Source: Selaginella moellendorffii | Lineage: Eukaryota > Plantae > Lycopodiophyta | NCBI RefSeq assembly: GCF_000143415.4 | Contig: NW_003314436.1 | Span: 56,279 to 120,278, forward strand | DNA length: 64,000 nucleotides | Reading direction: 5' to 3' | Shown here: one piece after another, positions 52,249 through 63,600 of the stretch | How the letters are laid out: each line of letters opens with the position of its first letter | Numbering within the stretch: position 1 is the first letter of the stretch | Notes under the pieces: generated by a model | What the model saw: the letters and a program-made list of their open reading frames with translations, nothing else | Database searches by the model: none | Told to the model about the DNA's origin: nothing | Made by a program: the position numbers and the translations under genes

Positions 52249-55200
52249 TTTTCCTCAGTTCTAGCGAAGGATAGAGGCGGATTGCTGGGAGATGGCAAGG
52301 GCAGGGCGTAAGCGAACCCAAGCGGAGACGGAACCTCCGCCGGAGCTGGAGCCTCCGGTTGAACAAAAGGCTATGGATGAGGAATCCTTGCATGAGGAGG
52401 ACTCTAGTGAGGAAACTTCCAAACAGGAGTCCGGTGGCGAGGTTCGGTCATCCAAGGCTTGATTGGATGTGCTAGAAGGACAGTTGGCACAGACCAATGC
52501 CCTGTTGGAAACTCTTGTACGCAAGCTAAAGCGTGACGAGAGGCGGAAGAAAAAGCGAAAGACTGCGGATGCTGGCAGTGCAGAAGGTGCGGACCTTTCG
52601 GCGGGGACTAAGGCAAAACCAGACAAGGTCAAACAGACCGAAGTAGAATCAGTCCTTTAGGCAGTTCCCAAGTACAAACCAAAGCCCCCACCGGTCTTCA
52701 AGGGAGTGAATGATTATAAGGTGGTGGAGGATTGGTTTTACGATATGGAGGACTACTTCCGAACGTTGCGATTACCGAGCTCGGAGAAGGTCCCATGTGC
52801 AAAACCATACTTGGCAGATAATGCCAAGTCTTGGTGGAGAACGACAGAGGCCAAGGAAGGACCGGTGGCCACTTGGGACATGATGAAGGCGAGGATCCGC
52901 GCAACATACATTCCTCCGAATGCCACTTTGCATCTAAGAGATGAGTTGTGTAGGCTGAAGCAGACTGGAACCATCCAAGAATATGTGAATGGGTTCATGG
53001 CAAAGAGGATACTGGTCACGGACATGGGGGATATGGATGCGTTCCATGCCTTCATATCAGGTTTGCAAACCTGGGCTCGCGGCGAGGTGACGCAATGGAA
53101 CCCGACCAACTACAAGGAAGCGTTGGATGCTGCCATCAAGGTGCATTTCAACGATAACCTGTGAAAGGGGAACACGACGGGGTCGGGATCCACATTTAGC
53201 AAAGGGGCCAAACCAAGGGGAACGTATAGCAAGGGGAAATTCAAGAAGAGTTTCTCTAAGAATGAGTCCTCGGGGTTCCGGAAAGGCAAATCCGGTGGCC
53301 AGCGAGCGAGTACGTGGGGGAGTCAAGCAAAAAAAGACAAACCCACGGATAAGAAGGTCAAGTCGTATAGCAGCGTGGGAAACAACGTATGTTACAACTG
53401 TGGTGAAGCGGGACACTTTTCGAGGGAATGTCCCTACCCGAAGAAGGCCAGAGCCAATATGGCCATCAAGTCGAGTGAAGTCCAAACTGAGGTATGTGAT
53501 CCAGTCCCTAACTCAAAGTTACTCATTACACGAGCAACTTTGGTAGAGAGTCGTTCGCGCCATCTACTAGCCCTCCGAGGGAAGCTCAGAGGTAGCTTTG
53601 TTAAAATCCTTATTGACACGGGTGCTTCGGATAATTTTGTGGCTACACACATAGTCCGGCAAGCCGGACTAACGGTGCAGCGGCTAGGCGAACCAAGGAC
53701 TATAGAGTTTGTTCAAGGTAGCCAAAGCACCGATGAGGTACTTCGACAAGCGAGAGTCGAAGTAGGGACATGGAAAGTAGACATGGATTTCACCGTCTTG
53801 GACATGGCGGGATTTGACGTGATCTTCGGAATGGATTGGTTTAATCGGTTCGTGGTAACCCTGCATGGACAAGGTAGGAACCTTGTGGTACTGGCGAATG
53901 CCCAAGGAAGAAGATCTAGGGCGGAGGCCCAGGATCTAAAGGTAGGGCAAAGTAAGGCCAAAGATTCCTGCTTAAACCTGGTGTCCACGAGAGGACAACT
54001 CACCAAAGGAACTAAGGCAGCCTTTTTGTGCTTACTCTCGGTGAAGAGTGACAAAAAGACAAGAACGGAAGAAGTACCTTTGGTGATCCAGCGGGTGTTG
54101 GACCAATTCCAGGATACCATGCCGGAGGAGCTACCAGCGGGGTTGCCCCCCGCACGACCGATAGAACATAAGATTGAGTTGGTCGAGGGTGCTAAGGCGG
54201 CGGTTCGCCCCCCCATCGTTTGAACGAAAAAGAACTCAAGGAGCTCAAGTGCCAACTAGAGGAGTTGGTGGATAAAGGGTATGTTAGGTTGAGCAAGTCG
54301 CAGTATGGGGTACCGGTGTTATTTGTGAAAAAAAAAGATGGTTCTATGCGCATATGCATAGACTACCGGTTGCTCAACAAGTATACAAAGAAGAACAAGT
54401 ACCCTTTGCCAAGAATTGAGGACCTGTTCGATAGGTTGGGAAAGGCAAAATATTTCTCGAGGATTGACCTAAGGTCAGGATACTACCAGATCAGGGTAGC
54501 CAAGGAAGATGTCGAGAAGACAACCTGTCGAACGAGGTATGGGAGCTTTGAGTTTCTGGTGATGCCCTTCGGGCTATGCAATGCGCCGGCAACGTTTTCA
54601 GCGCTGATGAACCACATCTTTGTACCCTACCTGGATCACTTCGTGGTCGTCTATATCGACGACATCCTGATCTATAGCGAGACGCTAGAGGAGCATGCCG
54701 AACACTTGGCGAAGGTGTTTGAGAAACTAAGGGAACACAAACTGTATGCTAAAGAGAGCAAATGTGACTTTGCTCAACAAGAGGTAAAGTTTCTCGGGCA
54801 TGTGGTGGTCCAAGACGGGCTCAAGGTGGACCCGGAGAAGGTCCAAGCGATCTAGGAATGGGAGCGACCATCGAATGTACATGAGTTGAGGGTGTTCTTG
54901 GGGTTATGCAACTACTACCGAAAGTTTATCAGACACTATTCGAGAGTAGCCCTGCCCTTAACGGACCAAACAGGAAAAGGAAAGATGGTATGGATAGCGG
55001 AATGTGAGGCGGCATTCGTCCACCTCAAAGGGAAGTTGAGGAAGGCTCCCGTGTTGGCATTACCAGATTTTGGTAAGGACTTTGAGGTAGACACGGATGC
55101 TTCGGACTTTGCGTTGGGTGCAGTTTTGAAGCAAGACAACCATCCAGTAGCGTTCTTCTCGAAGAAGTTGGACAAGGCTCAACGGAAGTGGCCTGCCCAC

Positions 55201-56164
55201 GAGAAGGAATTGTTTGCGGTGGTCAAGGCACTCAAGGAGTGGCGACACTACCTTGGGAGACACTTCAAGGTTTACACAGACAATGTGGCAATGAAACACT
55301 TCTTGTCACAGTCCGACCTGAGAGGGAAACAAGGTCGGTGGGCCAATGCCTTGGCCGAGTTTGATTGCGAGATTCTGTACAAGCCTGGGAAGAGCAACAT
55401 CGTGGCAGATGCGCTAAATCGAAAAGCGAGCTTGAGGTTGGCGATATCCAGTGCAACAGCAACCTTCTGGGACGATGTGCGGACAGCATATGAGAACGAT
55501 GGTCTAGCGTAAGAAGTGTTGTTGAGGAATCTAGAGGCGTGGGAAGCTCACCAGAGAGGTGAGCTGCCAATAGAAGAGAAAATTGGCTATGTGGAACGCA
55601 ACGGACTCATCTATTACAAGCAAACGAGGGTGTATGTTCCAGAAGGGGAACTAAGGAAGGTAGCCTTAGAAGAGTGTCATGATGGACCTTTTGCGGGACA
55701 CGGCGGAGTGCCCAAGACGATGGGCTTACTCAAGAGGAAGTACTATTGGCCAGATATGGCTAAGGACGTCCAAGACTATGTAAAGACATGTCCAACATGT
55801 CAGCAGGTCAAAGTCGTGACTAAGGCTAGTGGGGGCTTGTTGCAAAGCATCCCAATTCCAGATCGTCCGTGGAAATGTCTTACGATGGACTTCATCACGG
55901 GACTTCCCCCAAGTGAGGGGTTTGATGCGATATTCGTGGTGGTGGACCGATTTTCGAAAATGGCACATTTCATACCCACCACAACGGAAGTGGATGCGGA
56001 AGGTGTGGCGAAGCTGTTCTTCGAACAAGTGGTTCAAGTGCGGGGAAGGCCGGAAGAGATCATCTCAAATCGAGATAAGATCTTCACTAGTAGGTTCTAG
56101 AGGACTCTCCTGGAATAGTATCGCACCAAGTTGAAATTCAGCACCGCCTATCACCCACAGACAG

Positions 56165-56211
56165 GTATGGGGTATTAAGTCAAGTTTGGTGACACTAACA
56201 CTTCTTGACAG
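56165..56211 (+). other. 47-nt GT-AG intron in the integrase (HPQT/D-GQTER)
   Basis: G|GTATGG...CACTAAC..CTTCTTGACAG|AC; removal restores frame and motif. Confidence 0.85.
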
Positions 56212-56629
56212 ACGGACAAACGGAAAGGGTGAATAGGCAGCTGGAGGATTATTTGCGATGCTATGTCTCGGGAGACCAGACTGATTGGGTAAGTCATTTG
56301 GGACTTGTGGAAATGTGTTATAACAACTCACCACATTCAAGTATCGGGGTGAGTCTATGGGAAGTCATCAATGGGCGAGCTATTGAAGGTCCTGTGGAAC
56401 TCGGCGTGGCCGAGTATCATGGAGAGCTACCCGTAGTGGAGGCATTCACAGCGGAAAGACTCAACATTTGGAATCTAGTGAGGGATTCCTTGGAACGGGC
56501 TTAACAAAGGCAAACCAAGTACGTGAACCTAAAGCGCCAGGATGTAGAGTTCCAAGCTGGGGAGAAGGTGTGGCTGAACACTAAGAACCTCAGGCTACCA
56601 AGTGGGATCAGCCAAAAGTTGACCCAAAG

Positions 56630-56681
56630 GTAAAAATGCATGTATTCCTATAAATGAATTGATCTTGAGTCCCTTAAGCAG
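56630..56681 (+). other. 52-nt GT-AG intron in the integrase (KLTQ/R-FAGPY)
   Basis: AG|GTAAAA...CCCTTAAGCAG|G; AT-rich; removal restores frame and the GPY motif. Confidence 0.85.
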
Positions 56682-57456
56682 GTTCGCGGGGCCTTACGAG
56701 ATTGAGGCACGAATTGATAAAGTGGCTTACCGACTCCAACTTCCTCAAGAGATGGGGAAGATGCACCCAGTGTTCCATGTGAACTTACTCAAGCCGTACT
56801 TTGAGGATCCGCTTTGCAAGGACCAAGTAAGACCTTTACCTGAGCTTATCCAAGGGGAAGAGGAATATGAAGTCGAGGCCATCCTCAATGTGCAGAAGAG
56901 CAAGCGACAAGGACGCGAGGTGAGAGAGTTCCATATGAAGTGGAAAGGATTTCCATACTGCGAAGCAACATGGGAACTGGAGGAGAACCTAGTGAACGCG
57001 TGAGATCTAGTGGAAGAATTTCTGCAAGGCAGAACTCTATGTACTTATGCAAAGTTCAATTAAAAATATCAATTTCCAAAGTTGAGCAAGTGGCATATGT
57101 TGGGACCCGAAGGCGCACCGAAGTTAAGCTAATTAGCATGGGTTAGCTAGGTCGACCAGGCGTAGGGAGCTATGCCCGACTCCCTACGGGGATGTCGAAT
57201 CCGTAGACGTATTCTACGGAGGTTGGGTTCGAGTCCTAACCCCCTAGTAAAGCAAGGCTGAGTTCAAGTCCCGACCCCATACTAGGGCGTGGTGAGGTGA
57301 GGAGTATAGGGACACCTATATTCCATTGTCATGGGCTCTTGGCCAGGGAGGCTAACTTAAGCACACCGCTAAGTGGGGGGATGCCCCCGGAGACATGGTC
57401 AACAAGTCGTAAGATTAAAAGAGAGACGTTCGATGTGGGCATCGAACTTCTTCTAT

Positions 57457-57468
57457 GGGTGGTGGAGT
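57457..57468 (+). other. Polypurine tract
   Basis: GGGTGGTGGAGT immediately before TGTAAG. Confidence 0.75.
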
Positions 57469-58632
57469 TGTAAGGAACCAACTCACCGAGGTGTCGTAGG
57501 CTAAAGGAACCCCGAAAGCATGACCAAAATTACAAAGAGTTCATCGGATGGGACCAAGTCGAAGATCGAGTCCAAGACTGACTCGGAGACTGAGTTCGAG
57601 ATAGAGTCCGGAATCGAGTCCGAGACCGACTCGGGGACCGAGTTCAAGACCGAGTTCGAGACCGAGTTCGAGACGGAGTCCGAGATCCGAAATCGGGTCC
57701 TAGACCGAGTCCGAGGTCGAGTCCGAGGTCGGGTCCGAGATCAGGTTCGAGATCGAGTCCGAGATTGAGTCCAAGACCGAATCCGAAGTCGGATCCGAAA
57801 TCAAGTCCGAGATCGAGCCAGAGACTAAGTCCAAATACTAATACGGGTCAAGGGGTGAAAGCCCAAAGCGTGCGTCTCCCAGGGGGGGGGGGGGGGGGGC
57901 TGCAAGGGGTTCCAAAAGTATAGTAGGGATAATGAGGTCTAGGAACCAGTTTTGAAGGGACTCTCCAGTGGGGCTTCCAAACCGACTTGAGGTTGAGACT
58001 GGGACCGAGGGGCCTTGGGTGGGAGTGAGTATAGACTTGGTTGGTGCCAGAGGGGCCATCCAAGGAAGTGCTCAAGAGCAGCTCGCACTCCCGAAAGGGA
58101 AACCAATTGCGGTGCTCCCGGCTCATGTGGAGTGGTGCCCCACTTGAATACCATACGGCTCATTGGTCCTCGCCCTTCCTAGGGGCTTGGGCCTTCCTTC
58201 GGGATGGAAGTGGGGGGGTAGAGGTACCCATACCGGGCCGCTAGGCCACGGTGTTTCGCCCCGGCGTCCCGAAGCAAGTGTTGCACTCAAGACTTGGGAT
58301 TTAGAGGGTCCCATGATCAAGTCTTATGGTACCAAGGGATGTTAGGAACTTGGAAGATTGGTGTGCTTGGCTACTTGTGCTTGCGGGGAGTGTAGCCGAA
58401 CCTTAAGTCCAGTCTAACCCGGGGAGGGGGATTGGGAGAGATTGGGAATCTATGGATGGATGGCTAACGCTCCGTTGCTTGTGCAGTGAGTAGCTGAAAG
58501 CAAATAGGACCAAGTAGGAGTTGGTACCATAGGCGTGAACCTTGGCGAAGGAACTTAGCAAAAGCCAAGGCAGTGTCGGATGGATAGACAAGGTAAGCTA
58601 GCAAATTGGAAAGGAAAAATTTATGGCTTACA
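57469..58632 (+). repeat. 3' LTR (1164 bp) with an internal 6/12-bp tandem array (57555-57830) and poly-G
   Basis: Perfect 6-bp terminal inverted repeat TGTAAG...CTTACA. Confidence 0.9.
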
Positions 58633-58988
58633 TAGCCTTCTTGGGCCAAATTAGCCTTTCCGGGCCAAACTGACTCCACTGAGGTCCAACCCCCACCCTC
58701 TCCCTATTATGCTTTTGGAACCCCTTAAAGCCCCCCCTTCCCCCCCCCCCCCCCCCCCATGGGGGATGATCGCTTTGGGCTTTCACCCAACAGCATGTAT
58801 TAGTATTGGGACTCGGACTCGGTCTCGGTCTCAGTCTAGGTCTCGGTCTCGGTCTTGTCTCGAATTCCATCTCGGGTCCATCTCGAACTCCATCTCGGGT
58901 CCTTCTCAAGTTCCATCTCAGTCCATCTTGGACTTCATCTCGGGTCCATCTCGGACTCCATATTAGATTCCATCTCACACTCCATCTC
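58633..58988 (-). mobile_element. Inverted LTR fragment of the same subfamily as 50247-50890
   Basis: CTTCTTGGGCCAAA..poly-C..CGCTTTGGGCTTTCACCCAA..(CTCCATCTCGG)n matches 50250-50560. Confidence 0.8.
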
Positions 58989-59620
58989 TGTAGCGCACGT
59001 GGTTTTGACCTTTTATCCTATGGTGATTTACCATAGGATAACACCACGAAGCGGAACCTAAATCCTCTTTGTGCCACGTGACAGATGCCACGTGTCACAT
59101 GCCACGTGTCCATGCCACGTGTCCATAGGAACCCGAGGTTCAGAGCCTTGGGCCACTGAACAAAGGAACGGTGTGAACTTCCCAACCATGGACCCAAGGA
59201 GTGATGGAACCGACCCATGGAGTAACTCCCGAGCATAAAGCCCAAGGGGCAAAGGGACCGGGGCCCGGGGCGACTTGGAACAATCCTAGGGTAACCAACA
59301 TCCCAATGCTAGGGCTAGCCCCCAAAATGGAGCCAAACGGGGTTTGGCGCTATTTCGGCATACCGGTGGCCTAACGGGGGGACATGGGTTCTCCCCCAAC
59401 TAGCATGGAATGGAACTTGGGCTTAGACCCAACCCGGACGCAGAACAAGGACAGGCCCCCAAGCGGGAGCTAGACTTTCCCTCAGGTTGGTGGGCCATGC
59501 CCGACCTACCCCCTATCCCTACTATACATTTGGAACCCCCCAAAGCCCCCCCCCCCCCCCCCCTGAAGAACACATGCTTTGGGCTTTCACCCCAAGCCTC
59601 CCTTAGTATAAGGAGTTAGT
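58989..59620 (-). mobile_element. Further LTR-like segment with a G-box array and the shared poly-C/GGGCTTTCACCC motif
   Basis: Starts TGTAGCG at the point homology breaks; 59520-59595 repeats the LTR motif. Right end uncertain. Confidence 0.5.
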
Positions 59621-60699
59621 CTCTGGGACAAGCTCGAAACTTACTAAATATGGAATGTCCTTAGATTGCGAATTTGGGCACGGGACGAACACCATTGTGT
59701 TCAGGACAATCTCTACATTCTGTAGATATGCCAAATGAGCAAATCTAGACACTTTCCATAAATAGCATTTAGGACCGAAGTGAGACTAACACAAAGGGCA
59801 TGATAGCGAAAGTGTTTGGCAGACACGGTAAGCTATCATGTAGCGATATTGAGAGACCAATCTCAATACGCGAGGGTTCTTGTCACTAGCAAGTGCAAGA
59901 CAAAACGAGACGGGAACTCCTTACCGGGCTAAGTATGCTTAGCTAATAACACGTAGGAATTCCGTCCTTATGCTCGTCCGGTCTAAGTACACTTGAAATG
60001 CCCAGTTAACTCCACTAGCACAAGAGGGACTGATAAAGGGTCCAGCAATACCGACCTCCTGCCATCGTGGCAGTAAGGTAAGAGTGTCCGTAAGGACTGG
60101 TCGACAGGTAACTTTCAATACCCGAAGTCACATTCGCGACACTCTCCCCCCCTAGGGAAGATCGACGTCCTCGTCGATGCATACTCCAGTCTAGAATACC
60201 GCCAAGGAAACAACTCCAGAAAAAGTTCACGGTATTCACACCATGTGAGAAATGCATCAACTTAAATGAGTTAGGGGGCAACCTCTTTGTCTAACGCGGA
60301 TGCGCTACTAGCTCAGACACCTTCTGGCCGTCGCCGACAAGGAAATGACCAACGGAGTTAGCCACCCTTGCTGCTATGGGAGTCACCCAGCTTACAAAAG
60401 TGTGATATACCCCTGCCCGCAAGGACATAGAGAGAGAAGCCAAAGGCCCCAACCCTTCTAAGCAAAGAAACCAAACCCGTTGGTAAGGTTTAGATAGACT
60501 ACTGTAAACAGGCAGTTAGAGTTGTTTACATGGTCACGCTCTTTTAACGGAATAAGGAACATCGAAAGAGAGGCGGGTTGTGTGACCAGTTGACAGTAGT
60601 TACCCCATGACTAGAGATTTCAACATGCACACGAAGTGCCGAAGCCAGTCTGCCTATACTGGCCCAAACTCAAAGATCAATAGATGGACAATATCAAAG

Positions 60700-63600
60700 T
60701 TAGAGACAATGATAGCTTAGAGACTTAATTATCAGTGAATATATCTTAGATTAGAACACAAAAGTATTCCAAGCAAGTTATCATCCGATAAACTAGTATT
60801 ATAGGATAGGAACCACCAAGATCATCATAATTGGTAAACATAGAATTCACTATCAAACAAAATTCAATAGCAAGTGTATCATCAAGAAAACGCAATGACC
60901 AAACTTAACTATCAAAGATTGCAGACAGAATGCCAAACAACTTACGAAAGATAACTCAAAGAACACAAAGTATCATTAACTGACAAGCAAAATACTCGCG
61001 AATGTATCACCCAAAGGAAAGAACATCCAAATCTATCAAAACTAACTCGAGCAACAATCAACAGAAGAGAATGAATATGGTAAGACCAACAAACACTCAG
61101 TCCTGCCAACTATCATAAAAGCCAATCTGAATAGATCCCAGCCAACAATACCAAGGAATTCAAGTTGCCTAAGAAAGTGTCAGCAACATCCTATTGATGT
61201 CTCAAACCCAAGAGACCAATCCAAAGCAAATCACAAAGAACATGTGATATTGCAAAAAGCCACAAGCCATCAAAGAGAACAACTAACCACCATAAAATAT
61301 CATTAATCATCCTATCGATAGAGAAATGCATAATCATCATCGAAGAAAGAATCTACTATCTCGAAGAACAATAAATCATTTTATACCAACAATAATCAAG
61401 CAAAACCCTAGACAAGGATAATCAACTATCTTAGATGATAGTCAATCATCACCAATGATTGCTAGATGCAAATACTAACGTCAACATCGAAGCTAATGAG
61501 CCAAAATGCCTTCCCCCAACAACTCCTAACAAATGGAACAATGAGCATGAAAACTCAAAGAACTAAAAGCTCGAAGAAGTCTATAGCCAAATATTGCCTA
61601 ATAATGATCACGAGTCTCGCATGGACTAACGTCAATGCTAAAGAAGAAATCATGGTACAACCCACAATATCTTCCTCAACACATCTATAAGCTAAACTTC
61701 ATAATGCCAAAGCTAATGAAGAGCATATCTGTATCAATCCAAAAGCTAAACATAACGAAGCTATGCTCAACAAGTGATCACTAAATGATCCTCCATAAAT
61801 CCATCTATAGCAAGACGTAACTCACTTCATAACAAGCACAAGAAGAATCATCAATGATCGATATATTCCAACTCAAATCTAATAAAGATTTAAACATCCA
61901 ATATCAATCACTAACTCTTCTGCTTGTAGAGTTAGCATAGTCCATGACTAAATCACTTTTCAAGGAAAAGCCAAAGCTTAACCCCTACTAAATAATCTTG
62001 TCTAAAACACAACTAACTCAAACTTGCCACTCAGTTCATTTGAACGTCAACATAGTTGCGAATTAGCAAATGTATGAATGCCAATAACACAAAGCCATAG
62101 CCAAATCATCAACACTATCTTCATTAAGACTAATGAAACTCGACATCAATCTTGTGGAGAGACATCTCATTTCACTGAAATCTCAACATCAACAATGTCA
62201 ACAATAAGGCATCACTTCAGTGCCACCAACATTAGAACAAAGCTAGAAGAAAGCACCAGTGTATCACCACTCAAAGCTCTCTAGCAACCAAGCTAACCAA
62301 AGTCGGAGATACTTTACTCAATATCCGAGACCAATCTCTCAACAATACTCAGTCACAGATAATACTTCCTCAAGGAGTGAATCACCACGTCCAAGACTCC
62401 ATGAAATCCAACACTATGAACTAAACGCAACCAAATGATATCAACAGAGGTAAAGTCGACATGCCAACATGGAAAACCCATGTAAGTCTAACGACACGAT
62501 CCTCCGCAACACCATCCGGTAAAGCAAGCCTATCACTGATAAATCTTTATCGAGTGAAGCAAGTGTCAACAGTCCTTAATAAAGTCTACAAGCAATCACT
62601 AGTTGCCAAACAACTAACCATCACTTTTCAACTTGCTTTTATGAGACCCAAACACTAAACTCACGTCATTTAGTCATACATTTGTCCAACATGAACATGA
62701 TACCTTCGGTATGAGATAAAAGTTCATTGACAAGCACAAACTAAATGACCACTCGAATCCAACTCAACTGCAATAAGCTCACTAATGCATTTAGCCACTA
62801 GCTCTGAGCATGCCTTGAAGAAGCTAGCTATGCATGATCAACACTCAGCTGAAACTAAAGTGAAGACCATGAGATGGATCTATATTGGTACACAACCTCC
62901 TCATAGACAAAGCTATAGTATGGGTACTAACATCTCAAACTCAAACAACTAAGTTGGACATCATCATCCTTAGCCAAGGTGCAGGGCCACCAAGACTAAA
63001 TCAAGATCAGTGAGAGCTCACTACTCTCATAGAGTCTAACGAAATGCAAAGTGCAACCTGCCACCAAGCATAACGCTACAAAAGAAAGGTACAAGGGTCA
63101 CCTTTCTCAAAAAAGTGCAACAACCACTTTTCTACACTAATTCCAGACTCTATCCAACTCAATTGCCTTAGCCCCAAAAGTCAGCATCCCTTTCGGGCCG
63201 CATCATACAAACTACATACTAAAGTCTAAGCTAACTGAAGTCAACTCCAACCCCTTCACTAGTTTGTATTGGCTTTTGAAAACGGAATGGTTTTCGAGCA
63301 AAGTGATAACAGATCAGCCATTGGAAAAGTCTAAGAAAATTTATGGAAAATTTTCCATCCTAGAGAAAGAATGGCTCTCAGTCCAGGAATGCAAACTTTC
63401 AAGACTCAACCAACTTCCTCCTACTTAACCACTTCACATAGGCTCACCTCAACACAAATTCTTATGATCCATAGTATGTTTAAGCCTCGAACATCTTTTT
63501 ACCCATTCTTCCGACATCCAATACCGACATCCGCAAAATGCAAAGTGAACATCCAAGGCTTGATCACGAAGACCACATCTTCGGATATCCACATTGCACT

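Larger units (their letters stand above)
52292..57063 (+). pseudogene. gag-pol polyprotein with transition-type nonsense codons, one frameshift (~54215) and two introns in the integrase
   Basis: ORF fragments at 52463, 52706 and 53375 share one frame; 54220, 54886 and 55516 share another. The second catalytic Asp of INT reads N (IISNRD). Confidence 0.9.
51467..58632 (+). mobile_element. Ty3/Gypsy chromovirus LTR retrotransposon; near full length, defective, intron-containing
   Basis: Two LTRs, PBS and PPT; gag with CCHC knuckle, PR (LIDTGAS), RT (YIDD), RNase H (TDASDFALG), INT (HHCC, MDFITGLP) and chromodomain (EYEVEAIL..KWKGF..ATWE). Confidence 0.97.

Noticed and set aside
54205-54225. Programmed frameshift between PR and RT
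   Set aside because: Looks like a 1-nt deletion within the conserved PPYRL motif; no slippery heptamer; the copy is otherwise decayed.
52460-57003. Stop-codon readthrough or recoding in gag-pol
   Set aside because: The stops fit CGA/CAG/CAA/TGG transition mutations typical of methylated TE decay.
57030-57110. Possible fourth intron in the AT-rich stretch after the chromodomain
   Set aside because: Weak donor, no clear acceptor and no conserved motif to test frame restoration.
57222-57275. tRNA gene suggested by GGTTCGAGTCC
   Set aside because: No acceptor, D or anticodon arms in cloverleaf order; kept only as T-arm mimics.
60308-60325. Degenerate inverted PBS (GCTCAGACACC)
   Set aside because: Several mismatches and no adjacent LTR terminus.
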